From Thermodesulfobacteriota bacterium (lineage in GTDB: Bacteria; Desulfobacterota_D; UBA1144; Nemesobacterales; JAJCZQ01), in assembly GCA_965215275.1 (NCBI GenBank), contig OZ244044.1:1408001-1472000 (forward strand): a DNA stretch of 64,000 nt. The letters are read 5' to 3'. The notes under the pieces are model-generated. The model ran no database searches. It was given only the letters and a program-made list of their open reading frames with translations, and was not told the DNA's origin. The translations under genes and the position numbers were made by a program. Position 1 is the stretch's first letter. Each line of letters opens with the position of its first letter. Positions 31,601 to 41,000 of this stretch are shown in pieces.

Positions 31601-31681
31601 AAGGTGCCTTTAAAAAAAGGATTAATCAGTCAGAGCTTTTAATAGTGGTCAACTCAGCGATTTTTATGTATTTATTAGTCT

Positions 31682-33463
31682 ATGGGTAATGACCTCCCTT
31701 TTTTCTCTCAGCTTGATAAGATCGATTGGTTTATAATCCTTGCTTATATTCTGATCACTCTTCTGGTGGGGGTCTATTTTAGAAAAAAAGCCGGCAGTGA
31801 CGTTTCTTCTTACTTCGTATCAGGAAGGAACTTGCCATGGTGGCTGCTCGGTACGTCAATGGTCGCAACGACATTCGCAGCTGATACTCCACTTGCCGTA
31901 AGTGGCTGGATAAGGACCGAAGGGATCTGGAAAAACTGGTTCTGGTGGAATTACGTTTTCAGTCACGTGTTCATTATTTTTGTATTTTCAAGATTGTGGA
32001 GAAGGTCAGAGGTACTGACGGACAACGAACTCATTGAGTTCAGGTACAGCGGGAGGCCGGCTGCTTTTTTAAGAGGTTTCAAGGCTTTTTATTTTTCCAC
32101 TATATTTAACTTTATCGTTATAGGGTGGGTAGTATCAGCAATGTCAAAAGTTCTTGGAGTGTTCTTTGGTATTGACAAGGTTTATGCTGTAACGGTATGT
32201 CTGGGTATTGCCTTTTTCTACACAATGCTCTCGGGGCTCTGGGGTGTTGTCGTAACCGATTTTATCCAGTACTTTCTGGCACTTGTCGGGACCGTTCTTC
32301 TTGCCGTTATTGTGGTGAACTCTCCGGAAATAGGTGGTTATTCTTCATTTATTGAAAAGCTAAATGATATTGACGGTAAACATTTGAAGATGTTTATATC
32401 TTCATGCGACACCTGTAATGAGACAGGTTTTATATCGTCTGATCTGTTTACTTTTCTGATATTTGTCACGGTTGTTTGGTGGTCTTCTCATAATGCTGAT
32501 GGAGGTGGATATTTTATTCAGAGGTTTTTATCTGCAAAGAATGAAAAACATGCTGTTTTGGGAATGATCTGGTTTGTATTTAATCACTACATAGTGAGGT
32601 TCTGGCCATGGGTTGTTGTGGCAGTTGCATCGCTGATCGTATATCCAGTCCCTGAAGTTACCTCGGGAGATCAGGAGACCATTTACGTCTTGATGATAAG
32701 AGAGTTTTTAGGTCCTGGATTAAAAGGACTGTTACTCGTGACGTTCATTGCGGCGTTTATGTCCACCATCTCGACGCAGCTCAACCTGGGTGCATCCTAT
32801 TTGCTGAACGATGTTTACAGGAGGTTTATTAATAAAAACGGTTCTGATGCCCACTACGTTTCAGCATCCAGACTCCTTACCTTTTTGCTAACAGTTGTAT
32901 CGGGGATCATAGCTTTTCAGATCAAGAATATCGGAGACGCATGGATATTTGTCTGGGCAATGAGTTCCGGTATAGGGTTAGTTCTGATATTGAGATGGTT
33001 TTGGTGGAGAATAAACGCATGGTCGGAAATAGCTGCACTTTCATCGTCTCTGTTCTCAATTCTGCTCATTATAGTTTTTACCAGATACATGGGATATGAT
33101 CTGGAGTTTAAATATCAGGTGCTTGTGATCCCTATATCTATAACGTGCTGGGTTATTGCCACGTTTGTAACGGCTCCCGAACCGAAAGAGAAGCTCGGAG
33201 AGTTCTATCAGAAGGTCAGACCTTGGGGGTTCTGGTCGCCGATTTCAAGTATAAGGCCTGAGGTCAGGGTGTCTTCTTTCTTCCCGGTATTGATCAATTG
33301 GCTTCTGGGAAACTGTGCAGTGATCGCCGCATTAACTGGAACTGGTAAGGTAATCTTTGGAAAATTTAATGAAGGTGTTCTTTTGATAGCTTTATCTTTG
33401 TTTGTATCATCGGTACTTTTCTTTCGCTTAAAGAAAGATTTTTCTGGTTCTGATGTTAAATAA
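31682..33463 (+). CDS. Sodium:solute symporter family protein
   Basis: YFVSGRNLPWW, ATTFAADTP, AAFMSTIS; many TM helices. Confidence 0.9.
   Translation: MGNDLPFFSQLDKIDWFIILAYILITLLVGVYFRKKAGSDVSSYFVSGRNLPWWLLGTSMVATTFAADTPLAVSGWIRTEGIWKNWFWWNYVFSHVFIIFVFSRLWRRSEVLTDNELIEFRYSGRPAAFLRGFKAFYFSTIFNFIVIGWVVSAMSKVLGVFFGIDKVYAVTVCLGIAFFYTMLSGLWGVVVTDFIQYFLALVGTVLLAVIVVNSPEIGGYSSFIEKLNDIDGKHLKMFISSCDTCNETGFISSDLFTFLIFVTVVWWSSHNADGGGYFIQRFLSAKNEKHAVLGMIWFVFNHYIVRFWPWVVVAVASLIVYPVPEVTSGDQETIYVLMIREFLGPGLKGLLLVTFIAAFMSTISTQLNLGASYLLNDVYRRFINKNGSDAHYVSASRLLTFLLTVVSGIIAFQIKNIGDAWIFVWAMSSGIGLVLILRWFWWRINAWSEIAALSSSLFSILLIIVFTRYMGYDLEFKYQVLVIPISITCWVIATFVTAPEPKEKLGEFYQKVRPWGFWSPISSIRPEVRVSSFFPVLINWLLGNCAVIAALTGTGKVIFGKFNEGVLLIALSLFVSSVLFFRLKKDFSGSDVK
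33456..33463 (+). repeat. Left copy of 8-bp target-site duplication TTAAATAA
   Basis: Identical copy at 34783-34790, directly outside the right TIR. Confidence 0.85.
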
Positions 33464-33496
33464 TGGAATTATATAGTTAAGTTGACAAGAAAGAAC

Positions 33497-33525
33497 TTGT
33501 AAAATTGGTCAGAAAATGGTAGTAT
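33497..33525 (+). promoter_or_regulatory. Candidate sigma70 promoter giving a leaderless tnpB transcript
   Basis: TTGTAA (33497-33502), 17-bp spacer, TG-g-TAGTAT (33517-33525); ATG begins 7 nt later; no SD. Confidence 0.5.
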
Positions 33526-33531
33526 TATAGC

Positions 33532-34755
33532 ATGGTTAGAACGATTACAAGAACTGTAAAGGCAGATAGTGGTTTTCATAAAAGGCTGGATGAATTCTTA
33601 AATCAGCTTACCGATCTGTATAACAGTGCCTTGTACCATAGGTTAAAATCCTGGGATTGGTATGGAAGAACTATCTCTAAATACGAACAGTTTAACGAAC
33701 TAACTGAGGTCCGAGAGCAAGACAAGGGATTTGAAAAGTTTAATGCGGTAGCTCAAAGAAGCGTTCTGGAAAGACTGGATAATGCATATAGTCCTTATTT
33801 GAGCTATTTAAGGAATAAAAAAGCAGGTAAGAAGGTAAGGAAGGTTGGCAGACCTAAATATAAAAGTTCAAACAGACCAGTTCGTTCATTTGAAACAAAC
33901 AATTATAAAAACATAAAGAAGACAGGCAGAAGAACATATTTAACGATAAAGGGACTTGGCAGATTATCTTTCAAAGGTAGTATGCCAGAGTGTGTTTGTT
34001 TGAAAGCACCTAAAACAATAATAAGAGTAATTCAAAGTTCGTTAAGAATTAAGCTCCAGTTTCTGTGTGAGTTTACAGATGAGAAGAAGAGACCTTTGGA
34101 TAAATCCATAGGGATAGATCTTGGAATAACAAACAGATTAGCTTTTTCAGATGGAACTAAAGTTCCCGGTATCAGGATAGACAGGAAGGAACTGAAAAGA
34201 AAGCAAAGAATTGTTTCAAGAGCGGTAAAAGGTTCTGACAGCAGAAAGAAGAAAGTTTTATCGTTAGCGAAGGAATGGGAACGAACTACCGATCGTGAAA
34301 ATAATGCTATACACAGATTAACAACAGAGACCGTAAAGAAGAGTAATCATATAAAATTAGAGGATTTGAATATACAAGGAATGGTAAAGAACCATCATCT
34401 TGCTAAATCCATAACGGAACAGCAATGGGGTAAGATCAAACATCAACTTGCTTACAAAGCCGAGATAGCTGGAGGCAAGCTGGTTTTAGTTAAAGCTCAT
34501 TATACAACAAGAGCCTGTTCTGAATGTGGAAAGATAAATCCAAAACTGCCTTTGTATCAAAGAGTATTTAACTGTATATATTGCGGTTATTCAGAAGACA
34601 GGGATATAAATGCAGGTAAAAATATCAATACTCTTAATGAAGGAGACTTCATGTCGGGCGGGAATAAGGTAGCAATACTCCCGATGAGTGCTAAGAGTAT
34701 CAGATCAAAAGAGAACAGGGATAGAGGAACTCTGCACTCAGAACAGTATAGGTAA
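33532..34755 (+). CDS. tnpB: RNA-guided endonuclease TnpB family protein
   Basis: LYNSAL helix, GRPKYK, RuvC-I GIDLG, RuvC-II LEDLNI, Zn finger CSECG/CIYCG, RuvC-III DRDINAGKNI. Confidence 0.93.
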   Translation: MVRTITRTVKADSGFHKRLDEFLNQLTDLYNSALYHRLKSWDWYGRTISKYEQFNELTEVREQDKGFEKFNAVAQRSVLERLDNAYSPYLSYLRNKKAGKKVRKVGRPKYKSSNRPVRSFETNNYKNIKKTGRRTYLTIKGLGRLSFKGSMPECVCLKAPKTIIRVIQSSLRIKLQFLCEFTDEKKRPLDKSIGIDLGITNRLAFSDGTKVPGIRIDRKELKRKQRIVSRAVKGSDSRKKKVLSLAKEWERTTDRENNAIHRLTTETVKKSNHIKLEDLNIQGMVKNHHLAKSITEQQWGKIKHQLAYKAEIAGGKLVLVKAHYTTRACSECGKINPKLPLYQRVFNCIYCGYSEDRDINAGKNINTLNEGDFMSGGNKVAILPMSAKSIRSKENRDRGTLHSEQYR

Positions 34756-34765
34756 GTTTGTCTAC
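34625..34765 (+). ncRNA. Putative omegaRNA (TnpB guide scaffold) overlapping the tnpB 3' end
   Basis: Stems ATACTCTTA/TAAGAGTAT, ATGAAG-GAGA-CTTCAT, TCGGG/CCCGA, GTA-GCAA-TAC, and crossing pair TGAGTGC/GCACTCA; boundaries approximate. Confidence 0.55.
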
Positions 34766-34782
34766 TTAACTATATAATTCCC

Positions 34783-34790
34783 TTAAATAA
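34783..34790 (+). repeat. Right copy of 8-bp target-site duplication TTAAATAA
   Basis: Identical to 33456-33463. Confidence 0.85.
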
Positions 34791-34822
34791 GTTCATCTTA
34801 TGTGTTAAATTAAATACTGATC

Positions 34823-35416
34823 ATGGCTATAAAAGTAAAAGAAGTTCAACCGCCAAAACTCAGTTTTTTTGAGAAGTTGTATTTTCCACAGATATTTGGG
34901 GGTTTATGGATTACTTTGAAGCACCTTTTGGGATTTAACCCTATCACGGTTCAGTATCCGGAAGAGGTGAAAGAGCTTCCTCCAAATTATAGAGGTCTTC
35001 ACATTATGCCTGGTGATGATAATGGAGAGATCAGGTGTGTAGCATGTAAGTTGTGTGAAGTAGCTTGTCCGACGCAGGCAATATCGATCGTTGCTGAAGC
35101 TGCCGATGATTACGGGATTGAAAGACGACCTAAGGTATATAACATAGATTTTATGCGCTGCGTCTTTTGTGGTTTTTGCGTTGAGGCATGTCCGTGCGAT
35201 GCTTTAAGAATGGGTATGAAATATGAACTTGCGGCTTACAGCAGGGCAGGTCTTGTTCATACTAAAGAAGTTTTCTTTACCCCTAATGTCAAAAGTGATG
35301 CTCCTAGAGATAACGCAAACTACTTGTACGAGATGCAAAAAGGGGATATTTTGGATAATTTTGACATTGTTGAAAAAGTTAAGGAACTAGATGGGAAATA
35401 TCTACGCAAGTTGTGA
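34823..35416 (+). CDS. nuoI: NADH-quinone oxidoreductase subunit I
   Basis: TVQYPEE, CVACKLCEVACP, CVFCGFCVEACP (two 4Fe-4S clusters). Confidence 0.93.
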   Translation: MAIKVKEVQPPKLSFFEKLYFPQIFGGLWITLKHLLGFNPITVQYPEEVKELPPNYRGLHIMPGDDNGEIRCVACKLCEVACPTQAISIVAEAADDYGIERRPKVYNIDFMRCVFCGFCVEACPCDALRMGMKYELAAYSRAGLVHTKEVFFTPNVKSDAPRDNANYLYEMQKGDILDNFDIVEKVKELDGKYLRKL

Positions 35417-35417
35417 A

Positions 35418-36774
35418 GTTGTGAATAGCGGGCAGGTTTCAGTCAGTTACAATGGAGGAACAAAATGAGTATAGCAAACAACGGTTGTGAATAGCGGGCA
35501 GGTTTCAGTCAGTTACAATTAATTCCAGTAATAGAACTATCAGATACTTGTTGTGAATAGCGGGCAGGTTTCAGTCAGTTACAATGGTCCGCAGACGAGA
35601 TGCTAAAGGGGATCGAGTTGTGAATAGCGGGCAGGTTTCAGTCAGTTACAATACGAGCTGCAATGATGACTACGGCAATGAAGTTGTGAATAGCGGGCAG
35701 GTTTCAGTCAGTTACAATAAATGGAAAGAGAGTCACCGGCAATAACCGGTTGTGAATAGCGGGCAGGTTTCAGTCAGTTACAATTTTGGATGAACGGAGA
35801 GGAAGTCCCGAACGTTGTGAATAGCGGGCAGGTTTCAGTCAGTTACAATTTATCCGGATGCGTTTAACAATGGAGCGCCGTTGTGAATAGCGGGCAGGTT
35901 TCAGTCAGTTACAATTCTCTGCGGTAAGGTCAAACACATCATACTGTTGTGAATAGCGGGCAGGTTTCAGTCAGTTACAATAAATAACCGCGACTGTCTT
36001 TTCTTTCTTTAGTTGTGAATAGCGGGCAGGTTTCAGTCAGTTACAATCATCTTTTTTGATTATATCATACTCCTTTAGTTGTGAATAGCGGGCAGGTTTC
36101 AGTCAGTTACAATGTTTTAATCGTGGACGCATCATGCGCAGGTGTTGTGAATAGCGGGCAGGTTTCAGTCAGTTACAATAGTTATCCGTTTCGTCTATGT
36201 AGAGCGTGTGGTTGTGAATAGCGGGCAGGTTTCAGTCAGTTACAATTCGTCGTGCTCGCTGTGTCCTGGCTCTTCGTTGTGAATAGCGGGCAGGTTTCAG
36301 TCAGTTACAATGGCACTATTCAACCCCGCTTTCAACAATAGGTTGTGAATAGCGGGCAGGTTTCAGTCAGTTACAATTGGCGAGTTATTTATCTCCATGG
36401 CGGGAGTTGTTGTGAATAGCGGGCAGGTTTCAGTCAGTTACAATGCGTCCCGGCTCCAATGGAATAACTATAAAGTTGTGAATAGCGGGCAGGTTTCAGT
36501 CAGTTACAATAAAGGATGCTTTACAAACTTGGGACTTAAAGTTGTGAATAGCGGGCAGGTTTCAGTCAGTTACAATATAATCCTTGTCTGTTACGTTGTA
36601 ACTCTGGTTGTGAATAGCGGGCAGGTTTCAGTCAGTTACAATACGTTCTTCCATTCTAATACCCTCCCGGTTGTTGTGAATAGCGGGCAGGTTTCAGTCA
36701 GTTACAATAGCGACTCAATGTTCATGGGTCGGCCGGAAGTTGTGAATAGCGGGCAGGTTTCAGTCAGTTACAAT
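35418..36774 (+). CRISPR. Type II-C CRISPR array: 21 identical 36-bp repeats, 20 spacers of 29-31 bp
   Basis: Repeat GTTGTGAATAGCGGGCAGGTTTCAGTCAGTTACAAT with ~66-bp period; + orientation inferred from tracrRNA complementarity. Confidence 0.98.
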
Positions 36775-36824
36775 ACTTTGCCCGCAACTGCCCTGCCAGC
36801 AAGGGGTTGAGCTTCCCCAACAAA

Positions 36825-37154
36825 TTAAAAAAGAGATATTTGTTGGGGAGTTCTCTCTGGTTTTCTGTGTTTTTTTCCATAAAAAACTTGCATTCGTCCA
36901 AATTGTTTATCCGTTATAGTAATAACTCTAACTTCTCCACGAGGGGGTAAGGCATCTCTGATACGTCCTGAATGAACATAGGCGTTTTCCTCGCTTGCAC
37001 AATGTCTAGCATATACGGAAAACTGCATCATTATAAATCCATCTTGCATTAATGACTTTCTGAATTTTCCATAAGACCGTCTTGCCTGTTTTGTATCGGT
37101 TGGCAGGTCAAACATTACTATTACCCACAAAGTCCTATATCCTCCGAAAGCCAA
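36825..37154 (-). CDS. cas2: CRISPR-associated endoribonuclease Cas2
   Basis: VMFDLPT, FRKSLMQDGFIMMQFSVYAR, ITDKQF. Confidence 0.95.
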   Translation of the reverse strand: MAFGGYRTLWVIVMFDLPTDTKQARRSYGKFRKSLMQDGFIMMQFSVYARHCASEENAYVHSGRIRDALPPRGEVRVITITDKQFGRMQVFYGKKHRKPERTPQQISLF

Positions 37155-37157
37155 TTC

Positions 37158-38066
37158 TTACACCTCAATTCTCATCTGTTTGTTATCTATCAGTTCCGGA
37201 ATTTTCAATGCACTGGGTCCCTCCGAAAATGCTTTCTTCAAACTGACTGCCATGTGCTGGTTCGCGACTATCATGGGGAATTTGGCTGTTTCAAGCCGGA
37301 CATTTTCTGATAAAATGGACAGAAGTGATAATTTTGTCTTTTTGTCAAGTTCAGATATTCCAGATTCTTTCAATTCATAGACTTTTCTATCAACAAGAGG
37401 CCTTAATGGTTCCATTAGATCATCAGCGAGGCACATAGGGTTATATTGATTATGGTGATGAATGCCAAGTGCGGGATGAAGTCCAGTTCCACACAAAGAT
37501 CGGGCAACTGATGCCCTGACCAAGCTGTATCCATAGTTTAGTAAGGAGTTTATTCCGCCTTCTTTGTAATTTCTTGTAAAACCTTTGCCAAACAGTTTTA
37601 ACCAATATATTCTTGCCGCTTGTGCCTCTATATTTTCAGTGTCGCCACTTTTTATTCTTTTCTTCATTTTGGATAGAGGAGAAGGGTCTTTTTTTAAAAA
37701 AGATAAAGTTCGGGCTTGAGCTTCAGTTTTGGCAATTATTATTTTCTGCCAGAGTCGTTTTTTCAGTGGTTTTTTAACACTGGTTTGCATATTAAGAACT
37801 TTGCTGTGGGTGGAATTGCTGGCAATGGGCAATAAGATGGAAACCGGTAAATGTTTCTGGTCGCAGAAGACTATTGTGCAGTTGTTTTCCTGACACGATG
37901 CTATAAGACTTTGAGAAATTGTAATTGAAGGGTTAGCAAGTACCAATATACCCATGTCTTCTACGGGAACACTGCTATCATCCTCTCCTTCTTTTTTGAT
38001 GATCATCTGATAATTTCTCAGATGCAGGTGAGCGGGATTGCTAACCTCAATAATTCTTTTGATCAT
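37158..38066 (-). CDS. cas1: CRISPR-associated endonuclease Cas1 (type II)
   Basis: EAQAARIYW, NSLLNYGY, GIHHHN, LADDLMEPLRP. Confidence 0.97.
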   Translation of the reverse strand: MIKRIIEVSNPAHLHLRNYQMIIKKEGEDDSSVPVEDMGILVLANPSITISQSLIASCQENNCTIVFCDQKHLPVSILLPIASNSTHSKVLNMQTSVKKPLKKRLWQKIIIAKTEAQARTLSFLKKDPSPLSKMKKRIKSGDTENIEAQAARIYWLKLFGKGFTRNYKEGGINSLLNYGYSLVRASVARSLCGTGLHPALGIHHHNQYNPMCLADDLMEPLRPLVDRKVYELKESGISELDKKTKLSLLSILSENVRLETAKFPMIVANQHMAVSLKKAFSEGPSALKIPELIDNKQMRIEV

Positions 38067-41000
38067 TGGGGTGTTAAATTTTTGGAGATTAGGTGACCAA
38101 TAGCATTTAAGGATTCTTTTTTTACTTTATACTCTGCCATTAATGTGGAAGGTGATTTTGCCAGTTCCAGCCTCTTTTTTTCATCAAGAGGGAGTTTTTT
38201 GAAATCTTTGTCACTTCTTCCGTCTGTATGTATTCGTAATAACAGCTTAATACATTCTCCATTCTTTCCTCTATCAATTTTTCTTACTCTGTAGAAAAAT
38301 TTTTGTCCATCTTTTTGCACACTTACCATGTCGTTTATACATAAGGACATAATCAACTTCCAATCTTCTCCATGATCATTTTTTACGATTGGAGTTTTAT
38401 GAATTCTTATCCGCTTTGCAACTTCCATCGTAGTTACAACTTCACCTTTGAATTTCCCGGTTTTTTTGTTTTTTATAATTTCCACATGGTGATTGTTTCC
38501 ATAGATCATTACACCCAATATTTTTGCATTGTTTTCAATTTTTCTTTGACAATAAGATTGTTCATAAAATTCTTTTGTTCTCCAAACTCTTGCCCGCCGG
38601 ACAATATCTCCTGTTTTAGGATGTTTAAAAGGGTCTTCTTCTAATTTTTTTTGAGCAGTATTTAATCCACCTCTCATATTAACATAGGTTTCAAAACCTT
38701 CCTTGATTACCGGACATAGTATGTTTTTAAGGTCTTTATCCGTCATGTCAGTCAGATTTTTACGGACAACAATACCTGTCTTACCATTCTCTTTTCTTAT
38801 TCCATAAACCGTTTCTTCATGAAGTGCCCCCGTCAGTTTTCTGTTTGTCGAATGTGAAACGATCATTTGCTTTACAGCGTCTCCCAAACCCTCTCTAATA
38901 TCGTCAAGAGGTGGAGGGACTTCTATACCGTGTTCTGAAGGTATAGAAGCATCATCTGCCTTTGATGCAAGATGAACTATTTGTTTGTATAAACTGCGAT
39001 TTGTAAGTGCAATTACGGTTGCGTCAATTGCATGGTGTCTGTGATCCGTGCGTTCCTTTTTTTCAGTATCACCGAGAATACTGTTTAATCCCCACTGATG
39101 CCGAAGCCAGCCTGTTGCCCCACCTTTTGTGAACGTTACATCACAGCCAAGGGTTCTCATATATTTGCCAGTTTCTTTTGCAATGTAGCGTGCGTCGCTC
39201 AGTTGATTGTTGATAAAATCATCATCAATTTCTTCTGCCTGAATGTTTTTACGTTTTTTAGCAGGATAATTGTCGTTTGTTATTATGCCTTCAATAGTGT
39301 CCCACTGTGGCGTTTCTCCAAATGCTTCCCAAGGCGTTCTGTTGCCCTTCTTTTGGTTTTCTTCGGCTAAACACAAGACTTTGTTCATGTAAGAATTGTC
39401 AAGGGTTCTGCTGTATGGAAGTATATGATCTACTTCGGTCTCATGTGTCCATAAGGTTGTTAATTTGATTATTTTTCCGCTGTAGGAGCATTTCAACTCA
39501 CTTTCTTTCCACAACCTGTATTTTAATTTATCCTCATAATTTATATTTTCTCTGAGAGATAGATGAGGATTTTGTTCACGGATTTCTTTGTATCGTTCCT
39601 CTGCTTCCTCATTTGCCTTTGTGTTATCCTTTTGTGTTTGCAAATATCTTTTATACCTTTCGGTGTTCATTTCCAGGTCTCGTGCCATTTCTATACGTAT
39701 CGCGTTTGGTTTTCCATATTCCTTGATAATTGCATTTACAACGCGGCGAACTTCAAAAAGAGCTTTGGTAACTATAGGATTTGGGATAAAGGGTATTTCC
39801 CTAAGGATGTCTTTGTTGGCAGTTATAGGTTTCGTGATACCTTCGTATCCAGCGAGTTGAACGGCACCTTTTTCTTCAGTAAGTTCGCTTTCCTTATGAT
39901 AAACTCTGCCTTCTTTGAGATAAGGGAGGATTTTGTTAACTGCTTTCAACGATAGATTCCCATGCCCATTCTCCAGTTCCAGAACTGCAAGTTTTACTGC
40001 TTTTTCCAAGTCAAAATTCCAGTGATTTTTGAGTCGTTCTTTCAGTCCTTTTTTGGATTTGTAAGAAATCAGGTCTTCAACGAGCTGTTTCTGTTTTTCT
40101 TCGTTCCAAGAATCCCATTCATCTCCGATAATTTTCCTTATTTTACAAGCCGTTGTGTTTCCCTTGATACCTTTCCTGTTTTTTCCTTCGACTTTTTCCA
40201 GATTGAATTTCGTTTTCTTTTTCAGATCAAGCAGGTCCTTCTTTTTCAGAGCTGCCCATGTAAGACTTTCGTTCTTTTCCAGAGCTGCAGCTATCAGTTT
40301 TTTCTTCTCTAAAGTTGGCTTCACGTCTGTTTCCCCTGTCTCAAAGTCAAACCAGCTCAAATTGTTTATATCCTGCCAGTAGCGAAACTGTTGAAACTCC
40401 AGCCGTCCGAGATGAACTCTTTTTCTGCTTGGTTCAAGTGAACATTTCCCTATTGTTTTTCTGTCCCATTTTATTGGTCTTTGAAAAAATATAATTTTTT
40501 CAATAGCTTCTTTTATCTCTTTTGTGTAAAGGTTTGGATTGAGAGATGATTGTTTCGCAAAGATTTTGTCAAGCTCATCCTGATACATTTTTCTTTCTGT
40601 TCTTCGGTCGTGAAATTTTCCTCTGTTGCGTTTGCGGGACAACGTTGCAAGGTATTCCCCGACGGTTCTCATTCCTGCTTCTTCCATTTTTTCATAGAGT
40701 TCTGTAATATCTTTTTTGAAATCACTTTCTTCTTTATCGGATGGTTTTGCAGCATCAACTTCATCTTCCCTATCAAGAAATTCCTGCACTTCAGTATCTT
40801 CTCGCAGATCTCCAAATCCTGTCTTGCGACTGCTGAGAAATCCACGGCGTGTTCCCATGTGCAGTATCGCACGGCCAAATTCATAGGGTGACAGTTCTTC
40901 GTCCAGTGCTTTTGCCCTTATACGGTAAGGGTCTCCAAGTTCGTTAAGTTCAACTTCAGGACTGGGTTTTCCTTTAAGGGTATCAGGTAAAAATCCTTTG

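Larger units (their letters stand above)
33464..34782 (+). mobile_element. Non-autonomous TIR-bounded element (IS1595-like ends) carrying only tnpB
   Basis: Left TIR TGGAATTATATAGTTAAGTTGACAA (33464-33488) versus reverse complement of the right end GGGAATTATATAGTTAAGTAGACAA (34758-34782): 23/25 identical; flanked by an 8-bp direct repeat; no transposase gene inside. Confidence 0.85.

Noticed and set aside
33532..36774. TnpB as a Cas12f-like effector of the nearby CRISPR array
   Set aside because: nuoI lies between them, the repeat is matched by the Cas9 tracrRNA, and tnpB has its own element ends and scaffold.
36397..36810. 137-aa ORF with VVNSGQVSVSYN repeats
   Set aside because: Translation of the CRISPR repeats; an artefact of the 66-bp period.
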